Assembly (NCBI GenBank): GCA_904063045.1
Contig: CAJFCJ010000009.1
Coordinates: 2,418,968 to 2,482,967, forward strand
Direction: 5' to 3'
Origin: Dimorphilus gyrociliatus
Lineage: Eukaryota > Animalia > Annelida
DNA length: 64,000 bases
This document shows positions 25,382 through 36,860 of the stretch, one piece after another; position 1 is the first letter of the stretch; each line of letters opens with the position of its first letter. The position numbers and the translations under genes are program-made. The notes under the pieces are model-generated. The model did not search any database. It saw nothing but the letters and a program-made list of their open reading frames with translations, and was not told the DNA's origin.

Positions 25382-25537
25382 TATAGTAGTTTAGTATTTA
25401 ACGTATTTAAAACCACCAATAAAGCCGGATTTGACTAAAATGTTCAAGTATTTAAGATTGTACAGTATAACTATACACTGTGTAATTAATAAATACACAT
25501 ATAGTATTTTATTTTTTGAATTGATTTCTTAATTTTA

Positions 25538-26254
25538 TTAATAGTTAACAAACTCTTTTGCAGCCATTCTTGAGTAAACGACGTCATTTAGATTCGAGTG
25601 TGCAAGCTCACTTTCATCAATTTTGTATAACTGTATAAAATATAACATTATACATGTATCTCCTTTCAAAAGAAATATATTATAGATCCACTAACTTGCT
25701 TAATAACTGGTATATTTGTAAATGTTCCTATTGAATCAACTTTTACCGGATCACCTCTTACTCTGGAACATATCTCATCAATTGAAGATTTGTCCTTTTC
25801 GCTAATCTCTACTATTAGAATAGAATTAGCGTCATTTTCGACACCAAAATTTTTAAAACTTTCAGTAATCTGTATAATACATACAATTATAATGACAATT
25901 TTTAGTATTTTTTAGGAATTGTATTCTCACGCTTCTACTAGCAGATAATGAAAATATTATTTCAGAATGAAGAGATTTTGTGTACATAGTTTTCCCGAGA
26001 TAATTACTTAAAGCTTTATTTGCTGCTAAGAGAACTTGAAAAGAATCAACAATCTGAAATTGAAAAGCACCTTAATATCGCTCATCTTTTTAAATAATGG
26101 ATAGACTTACTGCCTGAGGTTTTAATAATGTAGCATTTATTTCCCTTTTTATAGCCATATTCCTTATCTCTGAACTATTTGATACATTGTTAAAAAGTAC
26201 TAAAGAAATGATATAGCTATCATTAATAAACGAGTTTTGCGCAAAAATCTCCAT
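25538..26254 (-). CDS. TPRKB: EKC/KEOPS subunit TPRKB (CGI-121); exons 26254-26111, 26053-25931, 25869-25696, 25630-25538 (not in the ORF track)
   Basis: Manual translation gives ...IVDSFQVLLAANKAL...TKSLHSEIIFSLSASRSITESFKNFG...LYKIDESEL...VYSRMAAKE, which matches the CGI-121 pattern. All introns are GT-AG. Confidence 0.9.
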
Positions 26255-26551
26255 GTTTATCGGGTTCTAAACAGAATAGTGTTTAAATTTATAGATTACA
26301 AGTGTAAAAGTTTTCTCTTTCAGAAAAAAAGAAGAACAAAAAATACTTCAGAATTATAATTGTTTTATGTGAAGTTGTAACGAATAAATCGAAAATTATA
26401 TATTTATTTATGCAATATATATTTATTCTGAAAATACTTTATCAACTAGATGCCGTTCTTAGACCTACCCATTTCTACGAAAAAGTATCCTATTGTAAAT
26501 ATCCGTTAAATAGCCGCAGTAGAAAGGAGCCGATTCTTGTTTTTAGTGAAA

Positions 26552-27023
26552 ATGTCTTTAGAATCTATTCCAAAGGATTTAAAAGGACTTAGAGCATGTT
26601 TATTATGCTCTCTGGTAAAGGTAAGATATATTAATTTATGTAATATTGATAGAAACCTCTCAAAATTTGTCTTTATAGTCAATAGATCAATTTGAATACG
26701 ACGGCTGTGAAAATTGTGAGGATTTTCTTGAAATGAAAGGGGATAGAGATAGAGTTTTAGACTACACGAGCTCTAGTTTTGATGGGTAGGTATTTTTTTT
26801 ATATATATTAACTACATATCTAAAGAAATACATATTTTGTAATTGCAGAATTATAGCATTGACTTCTCCAGAAGAAAGCTGGGTTGCCAAATGGCAAAGA
26901 ATAGATAAAATGACTAAAGGAATATATGCTATTTCAGTCACAGGAGAACTTCCTGAAGGAATCATTAGGAGTCTGGCAGGAAGAGGAATTAAATATCGCT
27001 CCCGCAATACCAGTACTAAATAG
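26552..27023 (+). CDS. SUPT4H1: Transcription elongation factor SPT4 (DSIF small subunit), 3 exons (not in the ORF track)
   Basis: [23 protein letters not shown]|[13 protein letters not shown]...SSSFDG|[18 protein letters not shown]...[10 protein letters not shown]. Confidence 0.95.
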
Positions 27024-27201
27024 AATGTTCAACTCTTTTTCGTTACATTTCCTGTAAATAGAATATTTCATCATAAAAAAAGATATTTCTCTACATTAGT
27101 TCGATTTTATTACAAAACAAATATTTGTAAGTTACGAAGATATTCTAAATTAAAAAAAAAAATATATATATATATAAAGAAATATAAGTTCAATGAAAAA
27201 T

Positions 27202-27921
27202 TTAAGCTTTCAAGTTACTAAACGATGATTTATCTTTAATCTGCTCGCAGAAAAACATAAAGAAATACAAAATATCATCCAAATTTGTATCTTCATCATT
27301 AAAACGGTAAACTTTAGAGAATTCTTTTACGAAATAATATATAGATTCAATTGTTGCCAAAAAGGTATCTGGTTTTCCTTTTTGCGGTCGCCAAAATAGT
27401 GTTTTTTTATCTGGTATGCGTACACGTGCAAGGTTCTTTAATCTATCATCTCGTATGATTTCTTTTACTTGGTTCCAAGTGCTATCAATGAAAACAGCTT
27501 TTTGTATCCTTTTTTTGGAACGCTTTGCAACAGGCTCATCGTCATCCCTTGAACAATTATTTCCCCCTTCTAAGTATATATCTTCTAGACATTTAGCATC
27601 ATCCGAAGGAAATACCAATACGCAATCTGATGCATCATAGTCAGGAAAAGATGGAAAAGTATGAATAGTAACGTCATCTGGGGACAGTACTTTTGCATGA
27701 ACAGCTGTACTCTTTCCATCAACTTCTCTAGAATGTTTAATTATATCTATTTTCAATGGTAGAGTGACATTTGGAATTTTTTTCTCTATACTTTTCATAG
27801 GAAGATAGCAATTGTAACAGAAATATTTTCGACTTTTCTTGCATTTGCAACATTTCTCACGATCTTTCACACAAATCAGTGGTTCAAATGAACTGATTTT
27901 CAAATTCTTTAAATCCGCCAT
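27202..27921 (-). CDS. DTWD1: DTW-domain tRNA-uridine aminocarboxypropyltransferase DTWD1 (intronless)
   Basis: N-terminal CxxC..KYFCYNC, KST.VHAKVL, the D-x-T-W motif (FIDSTW), FWRPQ, and LATIESIY. Confidence 0.92.
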   Translation of the reverse strand: MADLKNLKISSFEPLICVKDREKCCKCKKSRKYFCYNCYLPMKSIEKKIPNVTLPLKIDIIKHSREVDGKSTAVHAKVLSPDDVTIHTFPSFPDYDASDCVLVFPSDDAKCLEDIYLEGGNNCSRDDDEPVAKRSKKRIQKAVFIDSTWNQVKEIIRDDRLKNLARVRIPDKKTLFWRPQKGKPDTFLATIESIYYFVKEFSKVYRFNDEDTNLDDILYFFMFFCEQIKDKSSFSNLKA

Positions 27922-28272
27922 TTTTTAGCAACTTTGACATTAACTTCAGGCTATTTTTCTAAAATTGCGTTAATATTGCACGTTTTTAAAAATAATTTCG
28001 TTAGGTACATTAATTTCGTAAAGCCGGTTGGCCTAAGAGTAGAGCGGAGTAATTTTATTTTTTTTCAAGTTATTATTTTTTCAATATTAATTTTTCTTAA
28101 AAGTAATTTTAGCTAATAGACGATCCAAAATATTTTTATTTTATCGTAAAAATGCGCATATCAAGTACAGACTATTTCTCAATAGATCACATTTGTGGAA
28201 AAAAATGAAGATAAATATTTTGCTCAAAATAACGTTACACTTGGAATGAACTTCAAGTTGCTAGTACGAATC

Positions 28273-31200
28273 CTATTGGTGAGGAGGGTAGGTAGGATAT
28301 GGTAAATATCCGGATGAAGGTGGTTGTTGTTGTTGTTGTTGTGGTGGTGGTTGATAATACGGATTATATCCTCCAGGCATTGGCATAGGCACATATCCAA
28401 CTTGATAGCCGTATGGTGGAACTGCTCCTGGCTGAGCTGTTGGAGGAGCCGTCGGCTGATTAGGATATTGCGGTGGTGGAGGTTGGGATGAAGCTGGCGG
28501 CATCCCTACAACACAAAATTTTATTTTATCATTGTAAAGACTATTCTAAAATAAATAATGCAATGCTCCGAAACAAGGAAGAGAAGAATCATATTATTAG
28601 GATGAAATAACATAATCTATTACGTAAAATTATAATAATGTCAAAAAAAAGGCCAACAATTAGGAAATCATACTATTTCTGCAAATTAAACGATCACAAT
28701 CTGGATTGTTGATATTAATATGTAGAAATGCTTACTAAATTCAATAATAGGTGCCTTTTTTGATTAACATATGGGTAGGTTAAAATTTTTGTTATTCTTA
28801 AAGCCAATTTAACCAGGGGTTCAAGTAAAGCGTAAAGAATCATTTGCAATATTTGATTTGGGTGTCACAGAAAATATATGATTTTCTTTGTTTTACCTTC
28901 ACCTCCCCTAGCTGCAGGTACAGGAGGAGGAGGGGGTTTACGTCGAGGTTTTATTTCTGATAGTAATTAGTTTTTGTATGTGAAATACTTCTTAATAACA
29001 AAATTTATACGCCTAGATTTTTAATACCTGGAGGTGTCGTAGTTTCAGTTGGGAGGGGGGGGATTGGCCTAGTCGGTGGTTTAGGGGCTACAGAGAAGAT
29101 TGATTAGTAGAAAAGAAAACGTAAACTAATTATTCAAAGCCAGTAAATCAAAAATTCAAGTATAAGCGTAAGCGATATATTTTATACCTTGAAATTTAGG
29201 CGGCGGAGGTCTAGCCGGCGCCTGAGGTTTACTTTCACCTAATCATAACGCGAAGAATCATAAAACGCTTAATTTCTTACATATAATTCGACAAATACAA
29301 TTAAAGAATAGCTGCGTTATTTGATTGATTAGAGTAAGATGTTAAAAAAAAGGAAATCAGAGAAAAAAATATTATGAAAAATACCCACCTCCAACACTTG
29401 TTGGTGTTTGATAACTAGGTTGAACAGGGGGATTAGCGCTGGTTGGTCTTTGAATTATATTCCTTTGTACATCTGCCATAAGATCCTCTTTTTCAGTTCT
29501 ACGAGCAAAGCACAGGTCACTAATTTTGCTTTGGAATTTAACTAGTAATTCTGTTAAGTCATTGTAAAATTTGGTTCCTTCCACCAAATTTCCTTTGAGC
29601 TCAACAAATAGATCAAATCCAGCCGCCAGTTCTTTTAGCATTTCTTCTCGACTTCCGGCGTTACCAGATCCTGCAGATGAATATACTCTCTGCAAATCCG
29701 CCACAATCCTTTCTTGATCTCTAATGCTGGCTTCAACCTGAAAATTGAAATGTTACCATACAATAAATTATCTTTTAACATTTGAGCTATATATTATTAC
29801 TTGATTTCTCAATTCAGAGTATATTTTCTCCAACTGAGAATCTGACAGTGACTCAACATTGATGGCTCCGTCTTCAGCAAGGGCTCTGGTAAATTGGTCA
29901 ACAATGTCTGACCTGCCCTCTTTTAATTCTGCTTCAATTGCTTGTCTTTCCGCCTTCAACGTTTCAACCTTTGAACATAGTTGTCTGACTTCGTTGACAA
30001 CAGGGGAATCTTTGAGGGACATGGATCCTCCAGCTGGCAATTCTTTAGTAATTTCTGCATCTGATTTACTTAGTAGACCAATAGCTCTTTCATATCTGGC
30101 TAATTTTCCTCGGACTGTCTTGTCAGCTGTTATGGCGTTGTCAATTATTAGTCGATATTTGTCTGCTTCCTGTCTCAGTGGCTTAGTTAATTGTTCCGAC
30201 GGTGTTCTATTCCACTTTTCTAAGATTGGATGGAATATAAATGCATCAATATGATATACAGACTTTTTTTTATATATTACAAACCTTTGAATTGCTCCCG
30301 TAACTGCTTATCACTTTGTGCTTCCTCATCCAACATTCTGACACTTTCTTCCAGAAGTTCATTATTTCTCGTCAACAATTTTGGTAGCTCATTCATTTGG
30401 TTAACTAATCCACTGATACCACCTTCACTTCTGACTTTTGCAGATTTTTCGGATACAGATTGAGGTAACTTCGATCCACCGGAGTCTTCTAATGCAGCCG
30501 GAAGATTCATAGAAGCCATAATTCCATTTAGCGTATTAGTAGCTTCTCTTAATTTTGAAACTTCAGCATGAACGATAGTATCTTTCTTTTGTTCAAAGAC
30601 AACAATTCCTTGATGGACAGCTAATGGGACTATTTTTTCAAACAAATCGGAAAATCTTTCTGATAGTTTGTCACAGTCATTAAATAGAGTTGGTTTAGCA
30701 ACCGCAGCTCTCTCAATTGTTACTAAATTTCCATGATCTGGAATTCTTGCATGATAAATAAAATCATTATCTTTTTCGGCATCTTTAAGAGCTTTTGATA
30801 TTCTTTGATAATCCGAACCAAAGGGGAAAAGACCTGCTCCTGCCCTACTTTCAGAGGCCATCATTAAACTTTTTGCCTGCTTCAACCTAGAGAGTTCTTC
30901 TCCGTATTCTCTGTTCTCCTTAGCAACTTGAGATTGATAGTATTCAGCTAAGGAATGAAATCCTGCCTGTTTTCCAGCAACTGAATTAATCCAATCTTTA
31001 TTCCACATATCTCTCAAACTGGGTAGTTGTAACATGCGCAAAGCTTCTGCGTATAAATCCGAAGCTTGCATACACAACTTTGCCAATGCTTTGGGTTTCA
31101 TTTTGTTATCGGTGGCTTTAGCTAAAATAACATCTTGAGCTTGGGCAAGCATAATATTAGAAAGTGTTAAAAGAGAATCAGGATTAATGTCCAATGTTGG

Positions 31201-32271
31201 GTCACGTTGCAGCATTGACAAAATATTGTCTTTAAGATAATTCAAAATTCCAGCACTTTGTTGATAAAATTTTGCTGCAGTTTTCAATCCATCTTCACTA
31301 GAAATGTTTTGACAAGCAGCAATTTGACTTTGCAGAGCGGCTATATTGTAAAGAATGCAAGCTTGCTCGTATCTTGCAGATGCTATAGCTAAAGAGAATA
31401 AAAATATAACTTCAAACTATTGTAATATGGAAGGTACTAGTACAATGGTCCCTGATGTTTGGTAGATAACTTTATTTGTGTTTTACTATCAGGAACTAAA
31501 AACGTGACACGATGTGAACTAAATATAATTAATAACTTGAAATATCAGCACGCATACGTATTTGATGACTAAAACAACGTGCGTATTGATCAGAGGCATT
31601 TCGCCTGTGAGTCATACACTAGCGTTAGGATATATTTAGATAATTAGGCCTATAAGTTTCCAGATTAATTGATGCCAATTCTCTAAATGTTAATAAATAT
31701 ATTAATTACAATAAAACGCTTCACTAACCAAACCTAATTATTAAATAAATTCTTGTTTGAATTTTAATCTACTCGTAGAAGCTTTTAGGAACATTTTAGA
31801 GTTTCATATCTTTTTCTCCCTTATGAATTCATGTTTACTAAAAATATGTAACGAAATAGGTTAACACTACTTACTAAGAGTTTTTTTCCCCGAAAACAGC
31901 GATTCTTTATCGAAAGCATCCTGCCATTTAAAATTTATTCTGACAGAATTTTCTGCTATTGGAAATTTCGCTTCAATCGCCTTCAGTTGATCATAATATC
32001 TATTTTCATTTATGAAAAAAATTACTCAATTTTTCCACTAACTATTTGAAAGGATAAAATGATGACTCAACCTGTATAATACTTCTAACGCTGATTCGTG
32101 TTTATCATTCCATTTTGAGACAACATTCTGCCTTAAACGATTCAAATCCTGCAGAGGAGATTTATAATCGCTCTCTTGAATATTTTCAAAGGTTTGACTG
32201 ATGAACTGACGCAAAGGCTTCTCAAAGTCTACTTCCCAAGTTTTTTTCAACGGTAAAGATATGTATGCCAT
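28273..32271 (-). CDS. PDCD6IP: ALIX / PDCD6IP (Bro1, V domain, proline-rich tail split over several small exons)
   Basis: MAYISLPLKKTWEVDFEKPL start, Bro1 motifs (AAKFYQQSAG; KDNDFIYH), V-domain ELKGNLVEGTKFYNDLT, and a Pro-rich tail containing PTAP. Small tail exons are phase-1 consistent. Confidence 0.95.
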
Positions 32272-32757
32272 CTTGGATTTAGGTCATGTGACACGACTGT
32301 TTTACTTTCTAATATAGAGGGCGCTTAGATTGTATCTCTTCTAGTGCTGACTATGAGATTCGAATCGGCGAATGGCAGTTTAGAACCAATCCGTGAATAT
32401 ATATACGCGGTATAACTTGACCAGTCTAAAATATCGAAAACATTCTATGGTATCGAAATAGTTTCGATATCATAAAGTTTAAATACCAAAATGATCCATA
32501 TCGGTTGAGGTTCGATAAGCGTCAGCAGGAAGCGTACCGGTAGGTCTCGAGAAAGTTAAAGCCTATTATAGTTTTGTGAGATTTGGATAATAAAAGAATT
32601 CTTCACTTCCCTAATAACAGAAAAAGCAACTAGGAACGGAATGAAAACTTAATTAACTTATGTCCTCATGCATCAATCAAGATTTTTACTGGCGAATAAC
32701 GTCTATTTTAACTTTAATCGAAAAATTTGTGCAGTTCTTTAATTTCGTTTTGGTGCT
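32272..32757. promoter_or_regulatory. Bidirectional promoter ALIX/Smoothened
   Basis: 486-bp head-to-head gap containing GTCATGTGAC (32283-32292, MiT/TFE- or USF-type E-box), CTCF-like AGAGGGCGCT (32316-32325), and repeated TATCGAA/TTCGATA. Confidence 0.55.
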
Positions 32758-35700
32758 ATGTTTTATAAAGCAATCATACTTTTTTACATTAGTTTGCTAC
32801 ATTTAACGTTATCTCTTAACAAAGACAACTCATGCTCCAAAAAATCTCAATCTTGCCAAACTTTGAAGAATTCAATTTGCCTTGGAGAGAAATTACCATA
32901 CGATAGCATCAGTCTTGAATTAACTGGTTTTAAAAGTTTGAATGAATCGTTAAAAGAGCTAAACAAATGGACATTTCTATCAAACATACCGCAATGCTGG
33001 AAAAGTTTACGTCAATATCTCTGTTCAGTCTATTTACCAAAGTGTAACAATAGTATATTGTCATTTCCAAGTCGTCAACCATGCGAAATCAGTCAGCGAC
33101 CCTGTCGAATTGTTACAGATTATGGTGGATGGCCAGATTATCTGCGCTGTGATAATCCTCATTTCAAAACTAATTGTCCCACATTATACGTAAGATTTTA
33201 GACATTAATTATGGTTGAATTTATTTTTTTAATATTTACTATAAAAGGAACTTCGAAGATTTCGAAACAAAAGTAGCTGCCCTCCTCCACTTGTATCAAC
33301 AAACGAAGGAATAGATACTTTCGATAAGATAGACGGATGTGGAATATCGTGCAATAGTACACTTATTTCTCCTCAGGAAACAAATAGTTTTCAAATAATG
33401 ATTGCTACTGCTGCAATTATCTCACTATTAGTTAATATATTCAGTCTGGTAAGTTTCTATAAACATATTTTAAAGTTAGTCTACTAATTTTTTCATTTTT
33501 AAACACTCCTAGGCAACTTTTGCAGTTGATTGGAAACATGCTAGTCGCTATCCAGCAATGATCATTTTTTGGATATGTATATGTTTTTGTATAAATAACC
33601 TTGCTTGGTTAGCTCAGTTTGCACCAAATGCTCGAAAAGATATCATATGCAAAAGGGATGGTAGCTTAAGGAAAGCTGAGCCTCGTGTAAGGTAATGATA
33701 ATTTTCATACTGTGTAAAATGATATTTTGTGTAAAAATAACGTCTATTTTTCTTTCAGATCTGAGGAAACAGTCTCATGTACTGTTGTATTTATTTTTAT
33801 ATATTTTCCAATAATAGCAATTCTTGTTTGGTTTGTTATATTTGCATATTCATGGAATTTAATACATAAAAGAGTCGGATACGGAAGAGAAAAGGTAACA
33901 TTGTAAGATTCCTTTTAGTGTCACGAATTTATTGTGTTATTTATCACTTATATCTCTGTTTTTACTTATCTTTATTTGTTGTTCTCTGTTTAATAGTTAT
34001 GTTTTTGCTATTTAAAGCATTTACATTACATGAATAAGAGGATAGATCGCTATGGCATTTCTTTTAAAGTATATTTTGTGACTAATGGTCATTTCATATC
34101 TTCCGACCTATGAGCTAATTAGTTCTAAATGAAATATATATATATGTATATACTGTATATACAAAGTCAATTAGCTGATTGAACAAAATTAATAACTGAC
34201 TGAAAAGAACGTTGAAAAATTTTTGCTTATTCATCTAAGATAAGCCATCTCTTATCATTTTCAAATTATTAAATAATATGTATAGAGTTTATTAATTGTT
34301 ATATCAGATTTGTTACAAATAAGTATAAAAAACCCCTTTCCTTTAGATTTGTCACTCTTAAGAGATAATTTTACTTATCTCATTAACCCATCCCTGTCTG
34401 CAAGATGCGCACAAAATGACTAATCGGAAGCTTCGTGATCTTCGGATAATCGGATTTTCTTGGAATTATTCGTTTCAAGTCAGAAAAGTTTAGAATTACT
34501 AGTGATTTTTTTAAAGTAAAATGCTACAGTCATACCGAATTTGTGCATCATTCATTAGAAGTCAATTTCAAAGTGTAAAGAACGAGTGATGGCCATATCT
34601 TAAGGGTGTTGTTATACCGGATATACCTCATTCAGATTAAAATTTCAATATGTAGTCTAAATGTCTATTATGTATCTATATATCTTTCGTTTGCGTTCCA
34701 AGAGATCAACTTCCTTTCATTTGAAGCCATTTTTTCATTGTTCATCAGTAGTAAGGTTCTAAGAAATTTAATACTATCAGTTAAACCAGTATTTAGTAAT
34801 CTATATCACGTTCAATAAACGAATTTGAGTCATTTTACTTTACCATTATTTTAAGTAAATGTAAATATTTTATTTTTATAGGTTACAAGACATAAAACTC
34901 ATATGCATATTGCAGTTTGGAGTATAGCCTTAATTTTTACTGTATTCTGTCTACTCTTCTCAGTTGTTGATAGTCGTCCGTTAGAGGGAATCTGCTTCCT
35001 CACAACTTCAATGCTATACAGATTTCTATTCCTTTTATTTCCTGTTATTATTGCTACATTTCTTGGAAATTATTTTCTGATAAAGGGAGTGATGCTCTTA
35101 ATTAGTTTAAGGAAAAGTTCTGCCGCAGTTTTAGGTGATGTAGCATCTGGCAGAATTCAGGACACCATAATTAGGATAAGTTTGTATTCATTGTTGTTGA
35201 AAAGGTGATTTTCTAATTCAATTTTTTTCACTTCGTTCAGCTCTTTTCATGTTTCTTTCACTAATAATATTGGGAATTTCTATTGGTATTCACATATATG
35301 AATGGATGAACGAAAGATTCTGGCACAAGAATTTAAGGGACTATATACTGTAATAATTTTTTGAGCCTATTTTAATTCCTAAACGTATAATGTATAATTT
35401 ATTTTTCTTCACTTAGATGCGTCAATAAGGTTGATTGTAAAATTCCCGAAGGGCCAAATATGGGTTTAAAGAAAGTTCATGTTCTGTTGAATTTCGGCGC
35501 AAGTATTCTCTTAGCTTCTTGGACATGGACCAAAGCTAGCTTAAGAATGTGGAATAGGAAAATAAAGAAAGAGGAGAAAGTACCAAAGAAAGTAAAAAAA
35601 CACAGAATGATTGCGCAAGCCTTTCATAAACGCTTTATGGCTCAGAATGGTAGACTAAGTGTTTCTTATTACTCAAAACATGATGATCCTTTAGGTAAAT

Positions 35701-36641
35701 TATAAAAATTTTATGTCATTATCTATATAAAGAGTTTTATAGGACTTCATATGGAAGATTCGGCTACATCAAACGAAGTTTCATCTAATTGGATAGCATC
35801 AATGCCTCGCTTATTAATGAGAAGAAACGCGTTAGCAGTAACAGTCTGTAGATACGGCAATAGGCATCATTCTGATTCAGGTATAATTCTTTGTGACTGT
35901 TCATGACATTTCTATTAATATTTTGTTTTATAAGAAATCTCATGCTCCGGTCAATCTGCTGTATCAGAATTGTCGAAGAAGAAACTTAGCAAAAAAACAG
36001 ACGATCAGATAAACTGTCCCTGCGGACGCCTTCACTCAGCTGCTCTGCAATACGATAGTAGTTCAAGCGTTTATCAGCAGCATCAGCTATATGCAGCAGC
36101 AGAAGGTTATAGACAAGCAGATCTTGCCCTTGCAGCAAATGATCCAGAATATTCTGAAGACGAAGACTATACAGTTTTACCTGCAATAACTAAACCTACA
36201 GTTTTATTTAGAAAACCCAAAAAAAGAACAATCGAAAATTTACACTACAGAAGTTATAGCTCAAATAGTATTCAAACGCAATATCAAAACGCTGCTTTAG
36301 CCGCCGCTTGTATGTACCGACCGCCTAACGTAGGGTTCAGACCACATTTTGGAACTTTTAAAAACGTTAAACCGGCTTCGAAAAAGGAAGAAACTCAATA
36401 CAAAGGCCCACCTTTAAACGAAAGTTTTTTTGAAGATGCTGTTACGCTAAACAGTTATAATTATCTCATGCGAAATTGTAATAAAGAACAAAGTTCTAGC
36501 GAAGAGGATATACATTCTTCGGAATGGTCACCTAGCGAAAAGAGTGAGGAATTCGTTGAAACTTATCCATTAAAATCAACCAATTCAGAACCAATACTTA
36601 GCGACCTAAATATTAATGGCGTCAATGATCATAGGGTTTGA
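32758..36641 (+). CDS. SMO: Smoothened (Hedgehog pathway class F GPCR), multi-exon
   Basis: Signal peptide and Frizzled-like CRD (CLGEKLPY...CWKSLRQYLCSVYLPKC). DWKHASRYPA, ARKDIICKRDGSLR, TM7 ASWTW. Tail HRMIAQAFHKR...GRLSVSY...HDDPLG. Confidence 0.95.
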
Positions 36642-36860
36642 TGAATGAAAATCAAATAATTCTGAGATTAGATGAAAAACATTCATTTTAGAAAATATTG
36701 TTCAGTTTTTACGATTATTATTTGTCTCCTTTTTGTTAACTGTATATTTTTATATCAGTAAGACGTTCAGTTTTTGCTTAAATTTTCAAAAGAATAAACT
36801 ATTTCAGATGCTTGACTTAGTAATTAACAATAGTTTATCTTTCAAGAGTGAAATTTCAGC

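Noticed and set aside
32350-32375. GATTCGAATC, resembling a tRNA T-loop/B-box
   Set aside because: No cloverleaf, acceptor stem or A-box at a suitable spacing. It is only a palindrome in a promoter.
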